DNA from: a virus
Taxonomy: Duplodnaviria; Caudoviricetes
IMG/VR virus record: IMGVR_UViG_3300009184_000053
Coordinates: 1 to 56,243 of that record
Reading direction: 5' to 3' (one strand)
DNA: 56,243 nucleotides
The notes beneath the pieces were generated by a model. It made no database searches. It worked only from the letters and a program-made list of their open reading frames with translations, and was not told the DNA's origin. The translations under genes were made by a program, and so were the position numbers. Of this stretch, positions 36,869-45,725 are shown one piece after another. How positions within the stretch are numbered: the stretch's first letter is position 1; the number at the start of each line of letters is the position of its first letter.

Positions 36869-37213
36869 ATGAATATAAAAAATGTAGCTCAAAGAGAAAT
36901 CCTAGATTTTTCTCAATTTGTGAATAAGGTTCATGATAATAGATATAAGCCATTGGCTCCGTCTAATCAATCTCAGGGTGGATTAGATAAATCAGGTCTT
37001 TCAGTTATAAAAAGAGAGCCAGCATACGATCATGTTGGATACGGTGATGCAGTTTTTGGTAACACCTCTAAAATTGATGTTCCTGGAGTTAGAGTGGAGA
37101 GAAAGGAAGGAGAAATTTTTAAAGATGCCACATCTTTTGGTACAACTTCTATGATTCACGCTACTGAATCTCTACAGAATGACTTTTCTTTAACTAGACT
37201 AGAAGATTTTTAA
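36869..37213 (+). CDS. hypothetical protein
   Basis: 114-aa ORF in the operon; ILDFSQF motif near the N-terminus. Confidence 0.65.
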   Translation: MNIKNVAQREILDFSQFVNKVHDNRYKPLAPSNQSQGGLDKSGLSVIKREPAYDHVGYGDAVFGNTSKIDVPGVRVERKEGEIFKDATSFGTTSMIHATESLQNDFSLTRLEDF

Positions 37214-37229
37214 TATAAACTATCTTTTT

Positions 37230-37257
37230 AAAAAGGGCCTTAAAAAGGCCTTTTTTT
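37230..37257. terminator. bidirectional terminator between convergent genes
   Basis: AAAAAGGGCCTT...AAGGCCTTTTTTT. Confidence 0.8.
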
Positions 37258-37993
37258 ATGCTGGCCCATTTGAGATCACATCTATGAATCTTTCTTTTGC
37301 TAATTTATAAATCTCAGATTCTTCTTCGAAGTTTTCATTAATCTCTATTACGTACAAGTGGGGAAAATATCCGCTATTTAGACTAAATTCATTAAGGATC
37401 TCATGATAAATGTATTCGTAATTTAACGAGAAGAATGTATTTTTGATTGGAACTTTTTTAAGAATAAATACCTCTTTATCACCATCCTCAGTTTTCATAG
37501 TTACCTGAGCTCTAAAAAAATAATTTAATATTTTATCGGTAACCATATTTCTGATTATAAGTATACCTGAATCATTCTTTTTTATTGGGGGATCAAATTT
37601 TGACTGGATTTTAAAAATTTTTATCTTGGTCTCCTCTTCCTTTAGCATTTCCAGGCAAATCTCAGAATACTCGTACAAAGTATCTAAAGAGTTTTGCACA
37701 ATTTCTTCTAATATAGCGGAATCCTCTTTTAACAATTCTCTGGATAAAAAATCCTCCATAAATTTTTTATCCTCCTTTCTAAGAAGCTTTATGGTACGAT
37801 CCCCTATTTTTTTATTGGCTTTATAATCATTTAGAGCTTTTATTATTCTGGATATCTCCCTTATGACAGCAAAACAATTTTCATGACTTAGATCTTTACT
37901 TATTGTTTTTAAATAGTCAAGTAAAACATATTCCTTATGTTCAGAGTCTAATGGGGACTTTAAAAACCATATTGGACTTAAATTCTTTTTCAT
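37256..37993 (-). CDS. hypothetical protein (only credible minus-strand gene)
   Basis: 245-aa ORF filling a + strand gap; convergent terminator; AATATATA on the minus strand at 38014-38021. Confidence 0.8.
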   Translation of the reverse strand: MKKNLSPIWFLKSPLDSEHKEYVLLDYLKTISKDLSHENCFAVIREISRIIKALNDYKANKKIGDRTIKLLRKEDKKFMEDFLSRELLKEDSAILEEIVQNSLDTLYEYSEICLEMLKEEETKIKIFKIQSKFDPPIKKNDSGILIIRNMVTDKILNYFFRAQVTMKTEDGDKEVFILKKVPIKNTFFSLNYEYIYHEILNEFSLNSGYFPHLYVIEINENFEEESEIYKLAKERFIDVISNGPA

Positions 37994-38046
37994 TGCTTCA
38001 ATTTTAGCTATTCTATATATTTTAATCCCTTAGAGTTGTCTTTAAT

Positions 38047-38054
38047 GATATATA
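38047..38054 (+). promoter_or_regulatory. putative late promoter GATATATA
   Basis: Recurrent motif. Confidence 0.6.
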
Positions 38055-38072
38055 CAATAAAAATAAGTATCG

Positions 38073-38519
38073 ATGTCTAGAATTTACGATTACGGAGCTT
38101 TTACGTTCTCTAAAAAAGAGTCACCTAGGGGGGAATATAGTTTTGGTGTGGATATAAAGTACATAGATATTGACATTCATAATAGACCTAAAGAATATCA
38201 AGAAATAGAAGATGCCAAGGCATTTATAGAGTACTCCGTAAATCTAGAAATCAAGAAGAACGGGATAGCTGGATTAGATTTCTCTTTAAATGGGGTCGAG
38301 CTTGAATTTACTGTAGATGATTATCCCAATCCTACTAAGTCATTTGATATAGATTTAATCCCCGGAAGAACTATAGATATTGGCCAAGTTCATGCAGAAT
38401 CTAAAGATTATAAGATTCCAACATATCCGTCTAAATTGGAAATAAACATGAATGGATCAACAGATCCTAAGAAATTCGACGTTACCGTTCACTTCGGAAG
38501 CGACAGCTATAACTATTAA
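38073..38519 (+). CDS. hypothetical beta-rich protein
   Basis: 148-aa ORF after a late motif. Confidence 0.7.
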   Translation: MSRIYDYGAFTFSKKESPRGEYSFGVDIKYIDIDIHNRPKEYQEIEDAKAFIEYSVNLEIKKNGIAGLDFSLNGVELEFTVDDYPNPTKSFDIDLIPGRTIDIGQVHAESKDYKIPTYPSKLEINMNGSTDPKKFDVTVHFGSDSYNY

Positions 38520-38522
38520 TCA

Positions 38523-39464
38523 ATGATTATTGAAAATTTTTCAGACTTTATAAATTTAAAAGAATCCTTAAATTCAAGTATTAGAAGAATAGAGGACTCT
38601 GATGATTCCTGCACTATTGATGTTTTAGATATAACAGACAATAACGATCTAAAAAAACCAAGGGTCATATTATTTGATAGTGTGGATGACATCGCTCACA
38701 TTAGTTACATAAATAAGGCTGGAGAGGAATTGGGACTTTTAGAAATACCTATGAAATTCTTGAAATTTGATAAGAATAAAAATGGGAAAGTTTCAAGAGT
38801 AATCTTTGATAAGTATAAAGATAAGGATCTAAATTCTGATTCGATTGATGACTTTATAGAGGATTTCGCTAACTATCTTACTGTTAAAAACGGAAGAAAT
38901 ACAGAATGTGCTAAATCAGATATCGATCTTTTCTTGGATCTTCTTGGTATTCAAGGAGGTGTGGATGAGATAGAAAGAAAAGATAATCACAGTTGGAATG
39001 CAAAGTTGGATAATGATTTTTTCGTGGAAATGGGAAAAAGATCTAAGTATGATTTAATGGGATCCTTTAAGATCTACAAGGGTGAGGAGTCTTCAATCCC
39101 ATGTATTCATATTCAGCATAGAGACGATTCTAAAAACTGTATTTTTAGTTTAAATGATGAAGACCCCTCTTCAAAAATAGAAGAACCTATAGGATTTACA
39201 GAACTTAAAAGTAAAAATCCTTATTATTCATATCTTATAAATAGATCAATGGGCAAAGAAACTAAATCTCATCAGAGTGACTTTGTTGATCACTTTATAG
39301 ATTTTTTAAAGAACCATTCTAAAGATTACAAAAAATCTAGCGACTCCAATACACGTAAAGCTGGAGAACAGAAGGAAGAAAGTGTTAAAAGGATGATGAA
39401 GGCCCTTTCATTTTTTCTCCCCCCTCAGGAGATAGAAGACATTTATTTTAAAAACTTAAATTAA
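38523..39464 (+). CDS. hypothetical protein with capsid-targeting-like N-terminus
   Basis: MIIENFSDFINLKE/S. Confidence 0.7.
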   Translation: MIIENFSDFINLKESLNSSIRRIEDSDDSCTIDVLDITDNNDLKKPRVILFDSVDDIAHISYINKAGEELGLLEIPMKFLKFDKNKNGKVSRVIFDKYKDKDLNSDSIDDFIEDFANYLTVKNGRNTECAKSDIDLFLDLLGIQGGVDEIERKDNHSWNAKLDNDFFVEMGKRSKYDLMGSFKIYKGEESSIPCIHIQHRDDSKNCIFSLNDEDPSSKIEEPIGFTELKSKNPYYSYLINRSMGKETKSHQSDFVDHFIDFLKNHSKDYKKSSDSNTRKAGEQKEESVKRMMKALSFFLPPQEIEDIYFKNLN

Positions 39465-39471
39465 AATTTCC

Positions 39472-39499
39472 GAAACAATCATCTTTTTATTTGTTACAA
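39472..39499 (+). promoter_or_regulatory. possible ECF-sigma-like promoter GAAAC-N16-GTTACAA
   Basis: Degenerate copy of the bipartite motif. Confidence 0.4.
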
Positions 39500-39505
39500 T
39501 TAAAG

Positions 39506-39784
39506 ATGAAATTTGATCCAGATTTTATATTAGGATATAACGACAAAATTATCCTCCGAAAAAAATCGGGGAATAAGGTTGTCGAATTCTCAAGACACAA
39601 TGATAGAATTTTAGATAATATAGTTGAGCTTTGGGATTATGATTCAAAGAAAAAAAACAAGGGAAAGTCAGTCTGGTTAATATTAAAGGACCTTCCTGGT
39701 TTTTTGAATTCCTATATAAATTCAGGTAATTATGAGATAGTTAGCGAAGAAACAATTTTAAATAAGAATACTAAAAAACAATAA
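39506..39784 (+). CDS. hypothetical protein
   Basis: ATG 39506 is a more plausible start than TTG 39491; coupled to the next gene (TAATG). Confidence 0.6.
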   Translation: MKFDPDFILGYNDKIILRKKSGNKVVEFSRHNDRILDNIVELWDYDSKKKNKGKSVWLILKDLPGFLNSYINSGNYEIVSEETILNKNTKKQ

Positions 39785-40422
39785 TGGGGAATTTATTTAA
39801 GTCCCTATTTGGGACATCTAAAAAAAATAAAAAAATGGGGAATCCAGAAAAAACAATTGCAGAATATCAAAATCAATATTCAAACCTAGACTTCCAATGG
39901 TTAAAGGGCGATGACATGTCAGTTATTGAAAAATATAAGGGTATTTCAAATAATGAAGATTTCATATTTGTAGAATTTCAAAGTGGGAGAAGAATTAATG
40001 TTAATCTGATAGACGAGTATATGTTAACATTACCTTCACCGCCTGTCATTAAAGAACTCCCGCACAGTCAGGAAACATTTAAACCAAAGATAGATAAAGA
40101 TTCTGCAGTAACATCTATTGTTTATGAGGATTCTGAAAATCTTCAAAATGACTCTCCGATATATAAATTATTAAGAAAACAAAAAAAGAACATGGTCGAG
40201 GTTTCAATTAAGATAAAATTGAATCTTCCTCCTAAGGATTTATATAATGTTCTCTTAGGATCTTTTGATGAAGCTGAAAAAGAAATAATTGATTTCGTTT
40301 TAGATGGAATAGATATCAATAATATCAAAATTGCTTTAGCTGACTCTGTTAAAAAATCATACTACTCCGAAAAAACAGAATCTAAAAAATCGGAGAAAAT
40401 AGAAAAAGAAATAAAAGAGTAA
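39784..40422 (+). CDS. hypothetical protein
   Basis: 212-aa ORF in a tightly packed operon. Confidence 0.7.
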   Translation: MGNLFKSLFGTSKKNKKMGNPEKTIAEYQNQYSNLDFQWLKGDDMSVIEKYKGISNNEDFIFVEFQSGRRINVNLIDEYMLTLPSPPVIKELPHSQETFKPKIDKDSAVTSIVYEDSENLQNDSPIYKLLRKQKKNMVEVSIKIKLNLPPKDLYNVLLGSFDEAEKEIIDFVLDGIDINNIKIALADSVKKSYYSEKTESKKSEKIEKEIKE

Positions 40423-40423
40423 A

Positions 40424-41014
40424 ATGCCAGAAACTATAAAGGATAAAATTATTTCATCTTCTCCAAGATTTGATGTGATAGATAGAAATGGTCACATAGG
40501 GATAATTCCAAAATCTGATTCAGTTATTATACTTCCCTATATTTCAGATGATAGTGGACATCCACTTTCTATAGGGGTTCTTAAAGAAAGAAATCTATTT
40601 AGAGAAGGTGGATTTTCGACAACATTAATATCGGGAAGATGCGAGGATGAGGATCCTAATTTTTTAGAAACTGCAAAAAGAGAGCTTAAAGAGGAATCAG
40701 GATTTTCTGTTCCTGATAATAGCAAATGGTTTTTCCTCGGAACTGTTACTGCTTCCAAAATGGTTGACACAGAGCATCCTTGTTTTGCAGTAGATGTTAC
40801 AGGTATTAAAAGGGGAGAAGCTACAACTGATGGTTCTGAAAATGAAAAACAATCTGAATTTTTATTTATATCATCAAATGATGTAGTAAAGGTCAAAGAC
40901 GTTTTTGTTCCTGCTCTATTTTTAAAACTTTTTAAGTATGTTGTAGGAATGGATATGTACAATCGTGATGATTCTGTTTTTGGGAAACCTAAAGGATTTA
41001 CTGCTGAAATTTAA
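40424..41014 (+). CDS. NUDIX hydrolase
   Basis: Nudix box GRCEDEDPNFLETAKRELKEESGF. Confidence 0.88.
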   Translation: MPETIKDKIISSSPRFDVIDRNGHIGIIPKSDSVIILPYISDDSGHPLSIGVLKERNLFREGGFSTTLISGRCEDEDPNFLETAKRELKEESGFSVPDNSKWFFLGTVTASKMVDTEHPCFAVDVTGIKRGEATTDGSENEKQSEFLFISSNDVVKVKDVFVPALFLKLFKYVVGMDMYNRDDSVFGKPKGFTAEI

Positions 41015-41025
41015 ATTTTTTTAAT

Positions 41026-41328
41026 ATGGATCAAATATCTAGAAAAGAGCAAAGGAGAATATTAAAACAGCTTGGTCTAAAATTACCTGATAGAAAAAAA
41101 ACTCCTGAGGAGTTATCTCAAAGAATAGAAGAGGGAAAAAATAAACATCGGATGTTTGTTCAGGATGTTAAAAATAAAGAGATCATGGATAGTCTTTCTA
41201 AAAATCCAGCATCTGTAGAAAGAAATGATATATTCATTTACAGAGGACAAGAATCTCCAGACTACTCAAACTTCAATTCTTTACTTCTAAAAGCTGATTG
41301 GGATGAAATGAGTGAAAATGAAGAATAA
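41026..41328 (+). CDS. hypothetical protein
   Basis: 100-aa ORF with a basic N-terminus. Confidence 0.65.
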   Translation: MDQISRKEQRRILKQLGLKLPDRKKTPEELSQRIEEGKNKHRMFVQDVKNKEIMDSLSKNPASVERNDIFIYRGQESPDYSNFNSLLLKADWDEMSENEE

Positions 41329-41349
41329 AAAATTCCCAATAAACCTAAA

Positions 41350-41664
41350 GTGAATATTTACATATCCAAGAGTTCCTCAAAAGAGGCCAAAAAAAAATTA
41401 CACTTAAACGAGTGTGATTTTTACATAGTTGACATTTCTAAGATAATCAGAGATCTAGGATATGAAACAGATAAATTAACCACTGAATCGGAGTTTATAT
41501 TAAACTACACTATTCGCAAGAAAATTATTCATGGAATATATACTACAAAGTGCGATAGTATGCTAGTTTGCTATAGAAACTCTACCCCTGAATTTGTTGA
41601 TAATTTGGAAGATTTCTTTACCGAATTAACCGAAAACGTTGAGTATACTATCCATCACTTGTAA
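41350..41664 (+). CDS. hypothetical protein
   Basis: 104-aa ORF with a GTG start. Confidence 0.6.
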   Translation: MNIYISKSSSKEAKKKLHLNECDFYIVDISKIIRDLGYETDKLTTESEFILNYTIRKKIIHGIYTTKCDSMLVCYRNSTPEFVDNLEDFFTELTENVEYTIHHL

Positions 41665-41681
41665 AAATAGTGAAAGGATAA

Positions 41682-43511
41682 ATGGCTTTAAAAGATCTAT
41701 CGGAAGAGCAGATTCTCAAATCTGACTCGAATGCTCTCATTTCAAGATACAGTAATCTAGGATCTAATACTAACAGGGGTACTACTGCTAGATCTTTATT
41801 TTATGAAGCTGGAAAGAGAAATCCAGGAAAGTATGGTCAGTTCTTATTCTATTCCCTTGGCAGTTTTGATAATAATTATATAAATTCTTACTATAGATCA
41901 GAGTCTGTTTCTTATAACAAGACTATATCATCATTAGCATCAAAAAACCCTTCAGCAGGTATGCTTGTTAGGGAGACACAAAATAATGAGTTAATTTCAT
42001 CTAAAAATACAGGAACCTTATCTGGTCTTGTTTCTTCTACTTCATATACAGGTAATATAATTGGGGGTCTTTCCGCTCCCTATTACTGGAAGGATTTTTT
42101 ATATTGTAAATATTATGGGGCAATTCCTAATAATTACATGATAACTTTAAGAAGATTCCCTACACCAGTTTTAGATAACCTATCGGTTCCCGATGCAATA
42201 AAAAGTACTGATTCTTATCACGCGGAAGGTGCGGGCAGACCTGTAGCTCAAGCGGTTACTTGGTATGGAGGTAATACCGGAAATTCTTTATCATCTCTCT
42301 TATCATTCACATCAGGCCTTCAATGGCAAGACAAAGAGCAAGAACAGACTAGAAACCAACAAGCATTCTCAAAGGGTATATTCATGGATGGCGCTGGTCC
42401 CATGGCTTTTATTGGGGACTCACTTAAAAAGCTATCCCCTGTTCTTGGTAATGCTTTTGATCTAGGTAAAACCCTAGTTAATGGATTAACCATAGCTGCC
42501 GATCCAAGAGAAACAGTAACCGGTGCAATAAGAACAAATGCATTTAGAAATAGGTCAAAAGAGGAGTCCGGCGTAATGGGAGAATATATTTATGTCCCAG
42601 TAGACGTCGTAAAGAAAACATGGGTTAGAGGAATGGGTCTTACTTTCGCTTGGGGCGAGATTAATGTAGTTTTTGAATATGAATTGGCAACAGTTTCAGA
42701 GGTAAACTCTAAAGCTGCTATGCTTGATATACTGGGTAATCTTTTATCAATTGGAACAAATTATGGTAACTTCTTAACCCCCGATGTTAGATACGATGCA
42801 GCATTTCCACCTATAGGATTTCCTGGAGGAAATGCAGGTTTGGAAACTTATTACAAAGATCCTTTAAAATGGTTTAAGAATTTTGCAACTGATATAACCA
42901 AGTCAACAAAAGGTACAGGATCGACTCAGGATAGCGACCCTGCAGATACTTCTGCTGATTCTAAAATCCAAGATATTCGTAGTAAACTTTCTAGCATTTT
43001 GCAAGAAAGCGGAAATGATCCTTCTAAGATATCATCCCAAGTTGATAAGCTTGCAGAGGAGTTAGGAGCAGGAGCTGGTAGACTACTTAGATTTGCAGTT
43101 TCAAAAGAATTTACAGAAAATTATAAAGTTCCCGTTTCACTTTTAACGGGAGCACCTGTAGGCGAATGGCATTTAACTGTAGGCAATCCGACTAACCCTA
43201 TTGCAATGATAGGTAATCTTATTTGTAATGGCGTTAAAATAGAATTCTCTGAATCATTAGGCCCTGATGATTTTCCAACTGGGATAAAAGCAACATTTAC
43301 ATTAACTCACGGAAGGGATAGAGAAAGAGGCGAAATAGAAAGTATATTTAATAGAGGTGCGGGAAGACTTTATCAATCCACATTATCAACCTCTGCTAAC
43401 GCACAACCCTACGCTTCCTTCGGAGACGTCAATGGTAATGTTCTTTCTGAGAATTTTAAGAACGACTATTTAGACGGAACAACCTGGCAAAAAAATACAA
43501 CAGGTCTTTAA
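41682..43511 (+). CDS. putative baseplate tail-tube initiator (gp48/gp54-like)
   Basis: C-terminal WHLTVGNP...NLICNGVKIEF....PDDFPT.IKATFTL; lies before the gp53-like gene. Confidence 0.5.
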   Translation: MALKDLSEEQILKSDSNALISRYSNLGSNTNRGTTARSLFYEAGKRNPGKYGQFLFYSLGSFDNNYINSYYRSESVSYNKTISSLASKNPSAGMLVRETQNNELISSKNTGTLSGLVSSTSYTGNIIGGLSAPYYWKDFLYCKYYGAIPNNYMITLRRFPTPVLDNLSVPDAIKSTDSYHAEGAGRPVAQAVTWYGGNTGNSLSSLLSFTSGLQWQDKEQEQTRNQQAFSKGIFMDGAGPMAFIGDSLKKLSPVLGNAFDLGKTLVNGLTIAADPRETVTGAIRTNAFRNRSKEESGVMGEYIYVPVDVVKKTWVRGMGLTFAWGEINVVFEYELATVSEVNSKAAMLDILGNLLSIGTNYGNFLTPDVRYDAAFPPIGFPGGNAGLETYYKDPLKWFKNFATDITKSTKGTGSTQDSDPADTSADSKIQDIRSKLSSILQESGNDPSKISSQVDKLAEELGAGAGRLLRFAVSKEFTENYKVPVSLLTGAPVGEWHLTVGNPTNPIAMIGNLICNGVKIEFSESLGPDDFPTGIKATFTLTHGRDRERGEIESIFNRGAGRLYQSTLSTSANAQPYASFGDVNGNVLSENFKNDYLDGTTWQKNTTGL

Positions 43512-43525
43512 ACTAACTTTTAACA

Positions 43526-44116
43526 ATGGCTTTAGAAATAGATACGCTAGTTAGAAATAAATCGACGTTCAATCCGTCTGCCCAGTTAAATCTATCTAAC
43601 TATGGGGTTTGGGATCTAACAAAACCTTCTATATCTTATCAGGGGGTAGATCCTGCATATAAAACATTTATGATGATCCCTGATTATTTTCAAATGCGTC
43701 CAGACCTTGTAGCAGCTTTAAGAATGGGGGATCAAAAAAAGGTTGGAACGCTACTTAAATTTAATGGAATAAGTAATCCATTCGCATTAAAGGAAGGACA
43801 ACTGTTAGCTATTCCTGACGATAAAACCGCGGAGGATGTTTTTACTGCTAGACAAATACAGAATCAAAAATTATACTCATCTGACACAAATACGAATCCA
43901 AATCAGGAGTTTAGAAAAAATCAGGAGCAGAAAAAATTCGAGGTTAGTGACGGAAGGAAGAAATTTTTACAAGATAAAATAAAGAATAGTCCTGATATGA
44001 TTCTTCCTCCTAACGTAACACAGCCAGGAGAATCTTCAATAAATAAACAAAACGGGTACCTTGTTTTAGCTCCTTCCGCAGGCGGCGGAGGATTTAATTC
44101 ACCTTCGAATATTTAA
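43526..44116 (+). CDS. gp53: baseplate wedge protein (gp53/LysM-like)
   Basis: RPDLVA.....LLKFNGISNPF.LKEGQLLAIP. Confidence 0.75.
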   Translation: MALEIDTLVRNKSTFNPSAQLNLSNYGVWDLTKPSISYQGVDPAYKTFMMIPDYFQMRPDLVAALRMGDQKKVGTLLKFNGISNPFALKEGQLLAIPDDKTAEDVFTARQIQNQKLYSSDTNTNPNQEFRKNQEQKKFEVSDGRKKFLQDKIKNSPDMILPPNVTQPGESSINKQNGYLVLAPSAGGGGFNSPSNI

Positions 44117-44126
44117 ATTCATCAGT

Positions 44127-45689
44127 ATGACACTTCAGGATATACAGATAGTTAGCTTGGCTTTAAATAATATAAAGCTAGATGAGCAGGTTCAAATAGA
44201 TAAGAGTGGGGGATCTGATAGTCTTAGTGATGCTAGAAGGCAAGCAGATATAGCGATAAAAAATACAGGGTTATTTGCACCTTTTATTACCATAAATGGA
44301 TACAATGTTACCCAATACATGAGGAGATTTAATTTAAATCTTGATGGATTTCTCCCTATGGTAAGATTTACTTTTATTGCGGAGGAAGCAGTTTTCATAT
44401 CGGTAAACTATCCAAAAGACGGAGATATAGCATCGGTGTATATGAGATCGCCTGGTGATTTCTATAAACCTTTTAGAATGGATTTTAATATTCTAAACGT
44501 TTCAAGTGAGCCTTCAAGTAGAATGGATTCATCTGGAACAGATCCAGAGGGTAAAGGGAGAAATCTAAAATTTACAATACTTGGAGAATGTAGAATTCCT
44601 GGACTTTACACACAAAGAATTAAATCCTTCAGAGATGTTTCATCATTGGAATGTCTACTTAGTGTTTCCCAAGATTTAAATCTTGGATTTTCTACAAATG
44701 ATAAAACATTAAATGATAAAATGACATGGCTATGCCCAGCATATTCATATTATGATTTTATGCAGAGTGTTTCTATAAGAGCATACAAGGATGATGAAAC
44801 AAGTTTTTTTGATTGCTGGATAGATTCTTATTATAATCTTAATTTTGTCAATCTTGGCTCCCAATTTGCTTATTCAGCTCCGCCTGATCAGAAGGCTGTA
44901 TATCTCCCTGGCTATGTTGGTGGCGGATTTCAAGCAAGTAACCGTATACCGGGAACACCCGATCCCAAACCAGTAGAAGCTCCTCTTGTTCTTACAAATC
45001 TTATTGGCTATGGTGAGATCCCTTATTTTATAATAGGATATACACTAACTTCTAAAGCTGGTAATAATACTAATCAAATGGGTTATGTTAACGAAATAGG
45101 ATTTTATGATGAGAATGAAAAGATTTTAGATCCATCCAAAAAATACATTAAATATAATATAGAGTCTCAAACTCCAGAGAATGTTGGCGACGGAATGGTT
45201 CTACAAAAAGGTAGAGCTAGAGATAATTCATATCAGGATGAAAAAAGAATAGAATGGCTAGGAATTTTAAATACAAAAATCCCTGGAAGTGATGGTGGAG
45301 TACACCCTAATTTTCTTCATGCTAAATATCAGAATTTAGTGAACTTTAACGATGCTACTAAAATGACATTACAGGTTGAGCTTGAAAATTATTTTCCTGG
45401 CATTTATAGAGGTCAAGTTATTCCTGTTCAAATCTATGTGAGTGAGCATGGAATAAGACAACAGAATGTTGGTAACCAAGGTAATAGGGAGTCAAATGAC
45501 ACACAAACTCCTGTAATCGATACATTCCTTTCAGGCAACTACGTTGTCATGGGTATGAGCGTGTATTGGAGTGATTCAGGGGGTAGAATGAGACAATCAT
45601 TAACTTTAGCCAAAAGGGTTTGGAATCTTAATACGTCTGGTGCTATACCTAAGGCATTCCCAATATCGCCTACAAAAAGTATATTTTAA
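44127..45689 (+). CDS. putative baseplate hub protein (gp27-like)
   Basis: C-terminal GQVIPV...FLSGNYVVMG.....MRQSLTLAKR; lies between the gp53-like and gp5-like genes. Confidence 0.55.
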   Translation: MTLQDIQIVSLALNNIKLDEQVQIDKSGGSDSLSDARRQADIAIKNTGLFAPFITINGYNVTQYMRRFNLNLDGFLPMVRFTFIAEEAVFISVNYPKDGDIASVYMRSPGDFYKPFRMDFNILNVSSEPSSRMDSSGTDPEGKGRNLKFTILGECRIPGLYTQRIKSFRDVSSLECLLSVSQDLNLGFSTNDKTLNDKMTWLCPAYSYYDFMQSVSIRAYKDDETSFFDCWIDSYYNLNFVNLGSQFAYSAPPDQKAVYLPGYVGGGFQASNRIPGTPDPKPVEAPLVLTNLIGYGEIPYFIIGYTLTSKAGNNTNQMGYVNEIGFYDENEKILDPSKKYIKYNIESQTPENVGDGMVLQKGRARDNSYQDEKRIEWLGILNTKIPGSDGGVHPNFLHAKYQNLVNFNDATKMTLQVELENYFPGIYRGQVIPVQIYVSEHGIRQQNVGNQGNRESNDTQTPVIDTFLSGNYVVMGMSVYWSDSGGRMRQSLTLAKRVWNLNTSGAIPKAFPISPTKSIF

Positions 45690-45695
45690 AAGTGT

Positions 45696-45703
45696 GATAA
45701 ATA
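45696..45703 (+). promoter_or_regulatory. putative late promoter variant GATAAATA
   Basis: 22 nt upstream of the ATG at 45726. Confidence 0.5.
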
Positions 45704-45725
45704 TAGTAAATTTATTTAAAGTTAA

